DNA of 64,000 nucleotides, taken from an uncultured Spirochaetota bacterium (GTDB taxonomy: Bacteria > Spirochaetota > Spirochaetia > SZUA-6 > Fen-1364). Positions 20,473-30,612 of this stretch are shown piece by piece. Where the stretch lies: NCBI GenBank assembly GCA_963745235.1, contig CAVUXE010000084.1, positions 1-64,000 of the forward strand. Reading direction: 5' to 3'. The position numbers and the translations under genes were made by a program. Within the stretch, counting starts at the first letter, position 1, and each line of letters opens with the position of its first letter. The notes under the pieces are model-generated. The model was not told where the DNA came from. It saw only the letters and a program-made list of their open reading frames with translations, and did no database searches.

Positions 20473-21491
20473 ATGAAAGTCAGTCACGCGATTCTGGTGT
20501 CCGTCACCGCAGCCCTGGCCGTCTCCTGTGGTCCCGTCCCTGATCCGCGGTCCGCGGGGCAGGTGGATCTTCACCCTCCGGTGATAGAGTCCGTATGCTC
20601 CACGGGGCCGGGGAGATCAGCATCCAGTTCGATGAGGAGGCAAGCCTTGTGGCGGACAAGACCCGGATCACCCCCGCCTTGAACGTTCGAGAGGCCACCG
20701 GTCCGGCAAAAGGGATTCTCCTTCGAGTGGATGATCAGAAGCCGGGGCTCGAATACACGCTTGAAGCAGAGGCCCGTGATTCCAGCGGAAACGCAGCTTC
20801 TTTTCTTGCAACCTTCTACGGCTTCAACCCGCATGTCCCCCTGCTCCTGATCAATGAGCTCACCACCCAGGGGACCGCGGACCATCCTGACATGGTGGAG
20901 ATCAAGGTGGTTACGGATGGGGACGTGGGAGGCGTGGTGCTCTACCAGGGCACGCCGGGCAGCTTTGATGACCGCCTGGTGTTTCCCTCGTTCCCCGTGC
21001 GGCAGGGGGAGTTCCTGGTTGTCCACTTCAAGCCCAGCGGAGACGGAACCGAGGTGAATGAGACCGCGGACAAAGGGGTCTCCGGCGGCTTGGACGCCTG
21101 CGGGACCGCTTACGACTTCTGGGCGGCCGGCGGCCGCGGGATCGCCGGGAACAATGGGGTCCTCTCCCTGTACCAGAGACCGGGAGGGAACCTGATGGAC
21201 GGGTTCCTGTACAGCAACCGCACGTCGACCTCGGATGAGAAATACCGGGGGTTCGGCTCGGCGGCAACGCTTGCCCGGGCGGAAGAGCTTGTCCGTGACG
21301 GCGGCTGGCAGACAACGGGGCAGCGGGTCAGCCCGGAGGACGCTGTCAATCCGGATGGCTCAACCAGCACCCGTTCCCTCTGCCGTTCCTCAGCAAGCGT
21401 GGACACGGATTCTGCCGCAGACTGGCATATCGTTCCTACTCGAAAGGCCAGCTGGGGACGGGACAACACCGACGAGGTATACGTGCCGTAG
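20473..21491 (+). CDS. Lipoprotein with lamin-tail-like domain (frameshift near 20612)
   Basis: The lipobox LAVSC follows a GGAGG RBS. The second frame carries LLINEL..DMVEI, typical of LTD-like domains. Confidence 0.65.
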
Positions 21492-21499
21492 GAGGGGCG

Positions 21500-21826
21500 C
21501 TAGACCATCATCTCCTTGATGATTTTTTCCAGGGCCTGGCGTGGCACCGCGCCGATCTGCTGTTTCACCACCTGCCCCTTGTTGAAGAAAAGAAGCGTGG
21601 GGATGCTCACGATGTTGAACTGTGTGGCCAGTTCCGGCTCCTGATCCACGTCTATCTTTGCAACCTTCAGCTTGTCCTTGTACTGCGCGGCAAGGTCCTT
21701 GAGGACAGGAGCAATCATCTTGCACGGGCCGCACCACTCCGCCCAGAAATCCGCCACCACAGGCACCGGCGACGAGATTACTTCCGTGTTGAAATTCGTC
21801 TTTGTGACGACTACTTCTTCAGCCAT
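21500..21826 (-). CDS. trxA: Thioredoxin
   Basis: It contains DFWAEWCGPCKM and SIPTL. Confidence 0.97.
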   Translation of the reverse strand: MAEEVVVTKTNFNTEVISSPVPVVADFWAEWCGPCKMIAPVLKDLAAQYKDKLKVAKIDVDQEPELATQFNIVSIPTLLFFNKGQVVKQQIGAVPRQALEKIIKEMMV

Positions 21827-21900
21827 GGACCCCACCCCCCCTCCTGGTACTCAGAGTAGTAAATATATCCCCCTCCGGCATCCTTGAGCAAGGGAGGCAG

Positions 21901-22668
21901 CTATTTCTGCTTCCGCTTGAAGTCCTTGATTCGAAAATCGCTCACGATCCCCCAGACGTAGGCAAGGTTGTCCTCGATGATCTTCCTGGCTTCCGCCGCC
22001 ATTTCGGTGTAGACCCGCTTCACCCGTTCGAGCACCGTGAAAAGGTCGTTGAGGAAGAAAGCCGCCTCCAGGATATACTCCTTCTCATCACGCTCAATCA
22101 GAGCGTAGTTTCGAGGGAACTTTCGCAGCTGGGCCACCAGCCGGATGAGAAACTGCGGCACTTCGTCCTTGTCTCCCGAGGCCAGGTAGCGCAGCTGGGA
22201 GTCCATGCTGAGCATCTCGGATGAGCTCATGGAATACATGGTGTCCCTGAGGGCGTCCCCGATCTGCTGCCAATGGCCGCGCAGGAGCTCCGTGAGGGCG
22301 CCGAGAAGCCGGCGCGTCTCCTCGCTGGCATCCTGGTGGAAGTAGATCTCCGGGTACTTGACGATCCTCTTGCGGTTTTCTTCCAGCACCCGGTCAGCAA
22401 AGCTCTGCTGCTTCTCCGCGTCGGGCCTGGCCGGCTCCGCGGCCACTTTCTTTTCCTCCCGGTCGAGCAGCTCTTCAATCGCGCTGATCTCCGCCATCAG
22501 GAAGGATGAGACGTCCACCCCGGCCCGCAGGGCGCGGATGTAGCGCTCTTCGAATGCTTCCCTCAGTGACCGTGGCTTGAAGTACTTGGCGACGTACGTC
22601 TCGTATTTCTTTCTGATTTTTTCTACTGCGCCGGATATCTCTCCCGGCGTCAGTTTTCTGAGGTTCAC
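21901..22668 (-). CDS. Conserved hypothetical protein (helical)
   Basis: The 255-aa ORF has strong host codon bias and is co-directional with ssb and trxA. Confidence 0.8.
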   Translation of the reverse strand: MNLRKLTPGEISGAVEKIRKKYETYVAKYFKPRSLREAFEERYIRALRAGVDVSSFLMAEISAIEELLDREEKKVAAEPARPDAEKQQSFADRVLEENRKRIVKYPEIYFHQDASEETRRLLGALTELLRGHWQQIGDALRDTMYSMSSSEMLSMDSQLRYLASGDKDEVPQFLIRLVAQLRKFPRNYALIERDEKEYILEAAFFLNDLFTVLERVKRVYTEMAAEARKIIEDNLAYVWGIVSDFRIKDFKRKQK

Positions 22669-22753
22669 ACGCCCTTCATAGCGGAAACCAGGGCCATGGT
22701 CAAGAAACCAGGAAAGGGCCTCTACCCGCTGGCGAGGCCCCTGCGTCCCGCGC

Positions 22754-23264
22754 CTAGAAGCTCGAGGCCTCCGGAAGCTCGACGTCTCCGCCGCTCTCTT
22801 CCGCCGGGCAGGTCCGTCTTTTCCTCCTCCTCCTTGCCTTCCTCCTCCTTGCCTTCCCCCTCCTTGCCTTCCCCCTCCTTGCCTTCCCCCTCCTTGCCTT
22901 CCCCCTCCTTGCCTTCCCCCTCACCGTCCTTGTTCTTGAGCTGGGGCTTGAACTCCACGTGCTCTGCGACGACGAAGATCCGTGACCGGGTCTTTCCGTC
23001 CGGGTCCGTCCACCTGTCCTGCTTCAGCCTGCCGACCACCCGGACGCCGCGCCCCTTCTTGAGGTATTCCCCGCACACCTCCGCCAGGCGCGCCCACGTG
23101 GTGACATCGAAGTAGGACACCTCTTTCTGCGTCTCCTGCTCCTGCTTGAAAAAGCGGTTGGACGCCACGGTGAACTTGCACACCGCCGTTCCTTTCGTGG
23201 TGTAGGAAAGCTCGGGATCCTTCACCAGGTTGCCCTCGATGAGCAGAGAGTTGAGATTGTTCAC
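22754..23264 (-). CDS. ssb: Single-stranded DNA-binding protein (frameshift near 22806 in the tail)
   Basis: It has an OB fold (LIEGNLVKDPEL, YLKKG..V.VVGRL) and an AAGGAGG RBS. Removing one base gives the tail LPAEESGGDVELPEASSF*. The uncorrected ORF ends at 22722. Confidence 0.93.
22831..22920. repeat. 15-bp tandem repeat x6 encoding (GEGKE)n in the SSB linker
   Basis: There are five exact copies of TCCTTGCCTTCCCCC and one variant. Confidence 0.95.
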
Positions 23265-23422
23265 CCATTCCTCCTTGCGCCTTCGATCTGCAAGGCGACT
23301 TCAGACTCTCAATACGGGGTGATCTGCTCCGTGATTGCAGAGCATCCGCAGCGGTGTTCGACGCCGGCGCCCCGGGCTCCTCGTGTTGAAGTGGGCCGGG
23401 AAATGGCTTACATTGTCGGCGC

Positions 23423-24376
23423 ATGGTTGACCTTGAAAAGAAAATCAGCGGTGACTGGTTCGAGCTGCGGGAAAAGGCAGGGGACTTTCACGCCCTGCTC
23501 GATATTCTGCGCCTCTCCCCGGCGGAGCTGCGGGACGCCGCCGGCAAGCTGCGGCTCTCCGTGGAGCAGGGGATCATCGAGTTCAAACGCACCATGCTCA
23601 CCCCCGTCCTTGTCGCCCTTGAGACTGCCCGCTACAAGTCCCTCGAGGGGGACGAGATGGTGGAGCAGGAAAGACCGCTCACCGGTCTCCTGTTTTCCAT
23701 CCTGGTGCAGCGCCTCCTGGCCGCTGACCTTCTTCCGCTTGCGCGCCAGCGTGAGCAGGCGGTCAGCGCGGGCTCCCTGGAGGTGAGCTCCATTGTCGCG
23801 GCCGTCAGGGCCAGGATAAAGTCCAATCCCGCGTTTCGGGCTCACCCGGCAATCAAGAACATTCTGGTCCAGGTCCAGGTCTACAAGAAAGAGAACCAGA
23901 AGATGCGTGAGCTGCTGCCCATGATCAAGCCGGAGATGCGCTCTTCGTTCCTGGCGAACTTCAGCCGGACATTCGACGGGATAGTCGCCAGCATCCGGCG
24001 TCACTACGCGGCCCTCCTCCAGGAGGAAGCCGCCGAGTCGAAAAGCAAGCAGCCGGATTTCTCCCTAGCGCTCCTGCCCCTGAAGGATCTCGCCCCCCTG
24101 CTTGCCTCCCAGGCGCGCGAGATTGCTCGAATACGATCCACCCTTGCCCACGCCAGAGAAGAGAAGTACAAGACCCGCGAGGTCCTGGTGCGGCTCTATG
24201 ACAGCCGCCACCAGGCGCTGGGCCTCATCGAGGACGAGCTGAAGATGTACCGAAAGATCTGCAAGGAGAACCTTCAATACGATCTGGACGCCTGCGCCCA
24301 GGAGATAGCAATGGGTTTTCGGGACCAGATCGTGGGCATTCTCGAAAAGCAGGGCAGGCGGGAAGAGCCAGCCTGA
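23423..24376 (+). CDS. Conserved hypothetical protein (helical)
   Basis: The 317-aa ORF has host codon bias; I recognised no motif. Confidence 0.8.
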   Translation: MVDLEKKISGDWFELREKAGDFHALLDILRLSPAELRDAAGKLRLSVEQGIIEFKRTMLTPVLVALETARYKSLEGDEMVEQERPLTGLLFSILVQRLLAADLLPLARQREQAVSAGSLEVSSIVAAVRARIKSNPAFRAHPAIKNILVQVQVYKKENQKMRELLPMIKPEMRSSFLANFSRTFDGIVASIRRHYAALLQEEAAESKSKQPDFSLALLPLKDLAPLLASQAREIARIRSTLAHAREEKYKTREVLVRLYDSRHQALGLIEDELKMYRKICKENLQYDLDACAQEIAMGFRDQIVGILEKQGRREEPA

Positions 24377-24399
24377 GCACTCCGCCTGCGCGCCCTGCC

Positions 24400-24770
24400 T
24401 CACCCTGGTACAGCCGCTCCAGCCTCCCTACGCTCTCTGAGAGTCCGCCCGGCCTGTTTCGCGCTTTCCAGATCTTCCGGTAGGCGGCCGTCAAAGCCGC
24501 CAAGTCGGCTTTCAGCCGCGACGCTGCCACCGGGATCTGCCAGAGTGCCGTCCAGGACCGCGACACCCCTGTGGCACGCATGGAGAAGCATCCTGAGAGT
24601 CAACCCGTATTCTCCTTGATGAGCCGGGCATCTGCGCGGGCCATGGCGACTCTTGAATTGCCCCTGCCATGTCATTCGCCTGGGCGCGCGTCTCCCTCAG
24701 GCTCGAAGCGGTCACCGAGTCGGGCAGCGGAGCATCCGCCAGCGGATTGATGAAATGAAAGAGCGGGCTT
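24400..24770 (-). pseudogene. Remnant of the C-terminus of a GH20 hexosaminidase-like gene
   Basis: Joining frames across three shifts gives SPLFHF..MARADARLIKEEY.LTLRMLLHACHRG..LKADLAAL..AYRKIWKARNRPGGLSESVGRLE, which resembles GH20-family C-terminal helices. There is no start codon or catalytic domain. Confidence 0.55.
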
Positions 24771-24801
24771 GGAGTGTCAGATCAGAGGTATACCGGCTTT
24801 T

Positions 24802-25113
24802 CTACAATTTCTCAGATGCGACGCGCGTCTCGATGCCCACGAGCCTCAAGTGGCCGTCGCGATAGACGTGCTTGAAACGGACGTTTTTCTTGCGGGAAAC
24901 GAAGATCAGCTCACCCTCCAGGAGGTAGAAGTCATCCATCTCCCTCTCGACGTCAACGCCGTAGTAGCGGGTCAGGTAGTCCAGGAGTTGATCCAGGTTG
25001 ATCTGCTCGAAATGCTCGACCAGACGGTTGAAGATCTCGCGACTTCCCGTTTTTTCCAGGAAATACATCTTCTGAGCCATGAAGAAGATGATGTGATCCC
25101 GTGAGTGTTCCAT
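24802..25113 (-). CDS. Small hypothetical protein
   Basis: The 103-aa ORF starts MEHSRDHIIFFMAQKMYF, with host codon bias and a purine-rich RBS. Confidence 0.7.
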   Translation of the reverse strand: MEHSRDHIIFFMAQKMYFLEKTGSREIFNRLVEHFEQINLDQLLDYLTRYYGVDVEREMDDFYLLEGELIFVSRKKNVRFKHVYRDGHLRLVGIETRVASEKL

Positions 25114-25249
25114 CGGTCTCTCTCTGTATCGACATCCCACCCTGATAATCTCCAATGAAAAAAACGCACCTGATCGCGGAGGACCGCGTCTCGGAGGAGC
25201 GGCATAGGAACGGCGGACCGCTTTTGCTATACTGCGGGCGGAGGCAAAA

Positions 25250-26347
25250 ATGGCGAAGGGTTTCACTCTCGAGACGGATCCATGGGTCTACCGGGCGAAG
25301 CTCTCTGAGGACGGCACGTGGGGAGAGGAATACGTCGAGCAGCCGCACCTCACCCAGCGCCAGGAAGAGGACCTGCCTGATGCTGAAAGAGCGAAGCTTC
25401 TGCTGCGCAGGAACAATTTCGCCGACATGCCGCTCGTGAACTACACGACCCAGTACGGGATGGGGTGCTTCGAAGGGCTGAAGGCATTCCCGCAGCCTGA
25501 CGGCGCTTTGAACCTTTTCCGCCCCGACGAGAACGGAAGGCGCATGGAGTCATCCATGAAAGGCCTGCACATGCCTCCGTTTCCCCCGCAGATGTTCCTC
25601 AGCGCCGTGCGGACGGTGGTGGGGAAGAACCAGAGCATCGGCTTTACCCCGGTCTACGACCCCGCGTGGGCAAAAGACGACTTCGTCTCGGGCCATGCAG
25701 TGTACATACGACCGTTCACCTATGCCGAGCCGGGCATCGGGGTGGGCACCAGCAAGTACCCCTGGGTGGTCGTCATATCGACCCCCGTCGGCTCCTACTT
25801 CAAGCCGGGCAACTCGAAAGCGGTCATCACGAAACGGGTCCGCGCCAACCCGGGCGGCACGGGCTGGATCAAGGCGGATTCCAATTACGTGACCAGCGCG
25901 CTGGCGAAGCGGGAGGCGGAATCAGCGGGGTACATGGAAGCGATCTTCCTGGACGCCCGGGAGCAGAAGTATTTCGAGGAAGGCTCTTCCTGCAACATCT
26001 TCTTCCTGATGAAGAACGGCACCCTTGTCACCCCCAGCCTCGAGGACACCATCCTCCCCGGCATCACGCGCAGGAGCGTCATTGTGCTGGCCAAGGAAAA
26101 GGGTGTGAAGACGGAAGAGAGGCGGGTGTCGGTGAAGGAAGTCTTCTCCAACGCTCGGGAATGCTTCGTGGCCGGCACCGCTGCCGGAATATCTTTCATC
26201 GAGTCGATAACGCACGAAGCCAAAGAGGCCGTGTTTGCCAACCGCGAAATGGGAGATCTCACCCGCTCGCTTCTGAAGGTGCTCAAGGGAATCCAGTACG
26301 GCGCGCTTCCTGATTCGCACGGCTGGATGTTCCCCGCCCTGCACTGA
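25250..26347 (+). CDS. ilvE: Branched-chain amino acid aminotransferase (class IV PLP)
   Basis: It has QYGMGCFEGLKA, YIRPF, KADSNY, EGSSCN, ILPGITR and GTAA. A TGcTATACT promoter and a GGAGG RBS lie upstream. Confidence 0.93.
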   Translation: MAKGFTLETDPWVYRAKLSEDGTWGEEYVEQPHLTQRQEEDLPDAERAKLLLRRNNFADMPLVNYTTQYGMGCFEGLKAFPQPDGALNLFRPDENGRRMESSMKGLHMPPFPPQMFLSAVRTVVGKNQSIGFTPVYDPAWAKDDFVSGHAVYIRPFTYAEPGIGVGTSKYPWVVVISTPVGSYFKPGNSKAVITKRVRANPGGTGWIKADSNYVTSALAKREAESAGYMEAIFLDAREQKYFEEGSSCNIFFLMKNGTLVTPSLEDTILPGITRRSVIVLAKEKGVKTEERRVSVKEVFSNARECFVAGTAAGISFIESITHEAKEAVFANREMGDLTRSLLKVLKGIQYGALPDSHGWMFPALH

Positions 26348-26357
26348 GGAAAAGGGG

Positions 26358-29300
26358 CTACCAGGACAGCGTTCCCAGGTCCCGGGGGAGGTCGCTGGAG
26401 ATCTGCGGCACGAAACCAGATACCGGGTAGAGGATGCCTCTCTGGTTCAGGAAGGGCAGGTTCCTGGCCCCGCCGGCTGAGCGGCTGTCCGGGGCCCGCG
26501 TGAGCGAGTCTGCTACCAGCGAAGCGTCGGTCAGGTAGACGAGCCCCTCCGACCTCTTGTTCCGGTCACCCGTTCGAGCGGCAAGCCTGGCCATGACCAC
26601 CCCAAGATTGTTGTCTACCTTTACCAGCGTTTCCAGGAGTGAACGGTGCTCAGGCTTTTCCTGCGGGAGAAGCGTTCCAATGGCAGCCCGGCGGGCCTCC
26701 AGGCGGTCACGCAGGCGAAGGTAGTAGCCCTGTGCCGCGAAGTAGTCTCCCCTCTGGTAGAAGCAGTTTCCGATTGCGAAAAGCAGGTTCACAGGGGGCT
26801 TGCCCGAATAGTCCACGTCCGCCGCGCCTGAGGGGACGAAAGGCGGAGGCGCATCCGGGTCGCGAGGGTTTCCCCATTCTCCCTCCGCCCTGGAAAAGCT
26901 TGCCAGCGCGGACGGGTAGTCTTTCTCTGCGTACTGGGTAAATCCGATCTTGTAGTCGAGCGACGGATCGAAGTACTGGTTGTCGATTGCCTTCTGGTAC
27001 AGGGCCCGGGCCGTGTCGAGGTCCCCGATGACATAGTAGTGAAGATCCCCCAGGTCCGCGTACGGTCTTCCGAAAACGCCTCCCGTCGCGACGAGACGGC
27101 TCTTCTGGCTCTCCTCCACCCGCGCTATCGCAAAGGTAAGCTGCTTCTCCCCGTCTATGTACTGCCCTTTCTGGTCGTACAGCTCTCCCAGCCGGGTATG
27201 CGTGTCCACCTCCATGGCAATGCGCTTCGGCGTCAGGGGATCCGTCGGTTGAAGGCGCAGGAGTGTGGCGTTGAGAGCGGTCAGCTCGTCGTCGGGCTGC
27301 AGGGCAAGGCGGTAGTAGCGGGCGAGGTTGTAATGGATCTCCGCCAGTCTCGAGTCCGCTTCATCCGCCTTCAGCAGGACATCCTTGGCGTGGTCGAGCT
27401 GCCGATGATCCACCAGGTACCCCCCCAGCTCCGCGTACACGGCGGGGTCTACCCGCATCTCGGGGCGGGAGGCGAAGTACACTCTGAGCCTCTCGATCTC
27501 CTGCGGGTTGTCGGTGCGGATGAACCAGCGAAGCATGCGGAACAGGAGCTCGTCACGCGTGCCGTAGTGCTCGATGAGGGTGGCATAATCCACGCGCGCC
27601 GCGTTGTAGCGCGGAGAGTCGGCGCGGTCTTTCTCCGCCCCCGCCCAGTCCAGGTTGTTGTCCCCCGCGGCCAGGAGCGCGTCGAAGTCATACTGGTTCT
27701 TGTCGAGGAGAATCTGCAGGAGGTCGTCCGCCTTCTTGAAGTCCGCAAGCCTTGTGGATTCCATGCGGGCATAGTCGAGAACGCCTTTCCTGTCTCCCGG
27801 GAAGTCCCGCAGGAGCAGGTCGTATTTCTGCTCCGCCAGGATGTACTGGCGCTTGTCCGAGAACGCCTCCGCGTAGCGGTAGTACCACCGCTTGATGCGC
27901 TGGGCCGCCCGCGCCCGCTCGAAGCTCTCGTTGGCGAGCGTGAAGCGGTCTCCCAGGACGTGGGTGTAGCCGATGCGGTAGTTCGCGACGGCGTACAGGG
28001 GACGGTAGACCAGGCGATAGCCGAGAAAGCCGATGAGGGCGGCTGCAAGGACCGTGATGGCGAACAGCCGCACGATGGGATAGATGTTCTCCCGCAGCGC
28101 GTATGCGAAGGAACGCTGCTCGGCCTCGAATGCCACCCCGGTTTTCTTTTCGTAGCCGGCGGGAACGACGATGCGCTTGCCGGTAATCCGCGAAACAACG
28201 GTCGCAATCTCCTGCGCCGCCGCACCCTGCACAAGGAGGGAGACCAGCCGGGTCAGCGCGGCGCCGGTTGCCGCTTCCTGCCCGATCACCCCTTCCACCG
28301 CCATTTTCAGGTTGCGGGGGAGCGACTCGAGCGTCCGCTTCAGCCGATTGAACTGCTCCTGCGTGAGGGCGATCTCCGGCCCCGCGGCGCCAAGCTCGGG
28401 GAGAGGGGCGGCCTCCCGCGGCGCTTCCCGAGCGGCGGCTGGCCGGGGCGGCGCTGGCCGCGGGGCCGGCTTTGGCGGAGCGGCTTCGGCCTCGGGTTGC
28501 GCCCCCGCTGCGAACTGGCCGGTGGGCTCCGCAAAGCTGAAGTCCTCCAGGTTGAGATCTCCCAGCCCCTCTTCGCCTGCGGTCTCGGAAGGTGGCCCGG
28601 CCGCCGGCTGCTCGGGGGTTTCCTCCACTGATGGGGATGGCGGCAGCTCCGCCGAAGCGGCGGGCGTCTCCTGCTCCACCGCGCCGAGATCGAAATCTTC
28701 GAGGGACGGGATCTCCGCCTCTCCGCCTGGCTCCGGCAGGCCGGCTTCGGCCTGCTCTGCCTGGGGAGGTTCGCCTTCAGCGCCCGCAAGGGGCTCGGTC
28801 AGGCTGAGGTCCTCGAGGTTGGGAAGCTCGATGCCAGCAAGGACTTCCTCGGACGGGGCCTCCATGGACATGGCCTCTTCTGACGGAGGCCTTTCTGGAG
28901 GCGCCTCTGTCGGAATGGTCTCATCCAGGGGAGCCTCAGTCGAAACAGTCTCCGCCGGGAGGGCTTCACCCTCCTGCGTCGGTTCGGGCAACTCCCCGAT
29001 ATCCCCGAGCGGCTCACCGACTTCGGCGGGAAGCTCACCGACATCCCCGGACGGCTCCCCGACAGGCAACTCCCCGAGGTCGCTGGGAAGCTCCCCGAGG
29101 TCGCTGGGAAGCTCCCCGAGATCGCTGGGAAGCTCCCCGAGGTCGCCGGCCAGCCCCCCGACATCTTCAGGCAAGGCCTCCATCTGTGACAGGTCTGACT
29201 GCAGGGGTGCGGATTCGCTTTCAGGAAGGGAGAACTCATCCACGGCAGGCTCGGCCGGCTCTCCTGCGGCGCTTTCCGCCGGGCCGCCGAGGGAAGGCTC

Positions 29301-29675
29301 CAGATCCTCTATGGGCGGTGTCGTGGACTCATCCCCGAAGAGGGAACCGAAGTCGAGCCCGCTCTCTTCGGGTGCGGGCCCTGGCTCTCCCTCTGTCTCC
29401 GGCTGCGCGGAGGGGGGCCCCGTCTGCGCGCCCGAGTCGAGGTCATCAAGGCTCGAGAGGTCAAGACCGAAGTCCTGAGGGCCTTCCTCGGCTCCTTCTG
29501 GAATCGGGGGTGGGGGTTCCTCGATTGGAACGCCGGCGCCGCCAGGCTCGGGAAGAGCTTCTTCCGGGGGCCGCACGTCCTCGATGGCCTGCGACCTTCG
29601 CGCCATGATCTCCGGCTCTCCGCCGAGGGAGTTCAAGACCTCCTTGAACTTCTCGATATCCTCTTTGCGCGGCAA
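26358..29675 (-). CDS. flcA: Periplasmic flagellar collar protein FlcA-like
   Basis: The N-terminus is MPRKEDIEKFKEVLNSLGGEP. A long acidic linker, LPRNLKMAVE, a single TM and a large TPR region follow, matching the spirochete FlcA architecture as I recall it. Confidence 0.75.
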   Translation of the reverse strand: MPRKEDIEKFKEVLNSLGGEPEIMARRSQAIEDVRPPEEALPEPGGAGVPIEEPPPPIPEGAEEGPQDFGLDLSSLDDLDSGAQTGPPSAQPETEGEPGPAPEESGLDFGSLFGDESTTPPIEDLEPSLGGPAESAAGEPAEPAVDEFSLPESESAPLQSDLSQMEALPEDVGGLAGDLGELPSDLGELPSDLGELPSDLGELPVGEPSGDVGELPAEVGEPLGDIGELPEPTQEGEALPAETVSTEAPLDETIPTEAPPERPPSEEAMSMEAPSEEVLAGIELPNLEDLSLTEPLAGAEGEPPQAEQAEAGLPEPGGEAEIPSLEDFDLGAVEQETPAASAELPPSPSVEETPEQPAAGPPSETAGEEGLGDLNLEDFSFAEPTGQFAAGAQPEAEAAPPKPAPRPAPPRPAAAREAPREAAPLPELGAAGPEIALTQEQFNRLKRTLESLPRNLKMAVEGVIGQEAATGAALTRLVSLLVQGAAAQEIATVVSRITGKRIVVPAGYEKKTGVAFEAEQRSFAYALRENIYPIVRLFAITVLAAALIGFLGYRLVYRPLYAVANYRIGYTHVLGDRFTLANESFERARAAQRIKRWYYRYAEAFSDKRQYILAEQKYDLLLRDFPGDRKGVLDYARMESTRLADFKKADDLLQILLDKNQYDFDALLAAGDNNLDWAGAEKDRADSPRYNAARVDYATLIEHYGTRDELLFRMLRWFIRTDNPQEIERLRVYFASRPEMRVDPAVYAELGGYLVDHRQLDHAKDVLLKADEADSRLAEIHYNLARYYRLALQPDDELTALNATLLRLQPTDPLTPKRIAMEVDTHTRLGELYDQKGQYIDGEKQLTFAIARVEESQKSRLVATGGVFGRPYADLGDLHYYVIGDLDTARALYQKAIDNQYFDPSLDYKIGFTQYAEKDYPSALASFSRAEGEWGNPRDPDAPPPFVPSGAADVDYSGKPPVNLLFAIGNCFYQRGDYFAAQGYYLRLRDRLEARRAAIGTLLPQEKPEHRSLLETLVKVDNNLGVVMARLAARTGDRNKRSEGLVYLTDASLVADSLTRAPDSRSAGGARNLPFLNQRGILYPVSGFVPQISSDLPRDLGTLSW
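29070..29146. repeat. 21-bp tandem repeat (about 3.7 copies) encoding DLGELPS
   Basis: The unit is CTCCCCGAGGTCGCTGGGAAG, with degenerate copies flanking it. Confidence 0.9.
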
Positions 29676-29781
29676 CTCGTCTCCTGATTCAAGTCTCGGC
29701 CAAACGACATCGTCCCATGATTCAAGTCAGGCCAGCTCCCAGCCGAGACTTATTATAAACAAAAGGCCCAGGACGTCCACA

Positions 29782-30561
29782 GTGAAGAAGAAGAACAGCA
29801 AGGGCGACAGCGCACCTCTCCCCGAGATTCCACGCAGGAAAAGGGTTTCCCTCCTGCGCTGCCTCCTTCTCGCATGCATGGTGGCCGGCGCGGCCGCGCG
29901 CGCCTTCGCCGCCCAGCCCTTGACCCTTGACCTCTCTCTCAACGGCCTGATGGAGGCACAGCCTCCGCATCTCGTGGATGACGTGCTGATCCTGAGCTAC
30001 AAGCCTGCGCGCGGAACGGATGCGCGGTTCGTGGGCGCCCGTTTCGAGACCGAGGACTACGCGGTCCTCCATTCTTTTTCCCGCAACCGCTACGGGGTTT
30101 TTGTCCTGGACTTCGAGCTTCCCGAAAACGTCCGGCAGGTCCGCTACCGCATGGTGGTGGACGGGCAGTGGCTGAGCGATCCCACGAACCTCCAGGCGGA
30201 AACGGACGACCAGGGGAACCTCATCTCGCTTTTCACCGTGGAGAAGGAGCCCGTGCGGCCCGTCTTGAATCCGCGCCGGGAAGCCGATGGCAGCGTGACC
30301 TTCGTTTTCCACGGCCAGCCGGGCCGGCGGGTGACAATCCAGGGTGATTTCAACAACTGGGATCCCTTCACGAGCCAGCTCGTGGAAACCACACCCGGTG
30401 TCTACCGCATCACGCTTCGGCTCCTCCCCGGAGGACACTGGTACCGGTTCTTCACCGACGGCAGAAGGCTTCTGGACACCTACAACTCGGATACGGCCCG
30501 CGCCCCTGACGGCCAGCCGGTGAGCTATTTCGAGGTCTATCCCGCGCCCACGGACCCGTGA
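29782..30561 (+). CDS. Secreted protein with tandem CBM48 / AMPK-beta glycogen-binding (early set) domains
   Basis: It has YRMVVDGQWLSDPTN, GDFNNWDP and YRFFTDG, plus a hydrophobic leader. The start is uncertain. Confidence 0.8.
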   Translation: MKKKNSKGDSAPLPEIPRRKRVSLLRCLLLACMVAGAAARAFAAQPLTLDLSLNGLMEAQPPHLVDDVLILSYKPARGTDARFVGARFETEDYAVLHSFSRNRYGVFVLDFELPENVRQVRYRMVVDGQWLSDPTNLQAETDDQGNLISLFTVEKEPVRPVLNPRREADGSVTFVFHGQPGRRVTIQGDFNNWDPFTSQLVETTPGVYRITLRLLPGGHWYRFFTDGRRLLDTYNSDTARAPDGQPVSYFEVYPAPTDP

Positions 30562-30612
30562 TGCGCGGGTGCGCGCCCTGACGGCGGGGCTCGCCGGCGC
30601 CCGCAATGACCG

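Noticed and set aside
22831-22920. Tandem repeats as a possible CRISPR array (also 29070-29146)
   Set aside because: They are contiguous in-frame coding repeats with no spacers, and there are no cas genes.
24377-24800. Possible RNase P, tmRNA or 6S RNA in the gap
   Set aside because: I found no hallmark sequences. A protein-coding remnant on the minus strand explains the region better.
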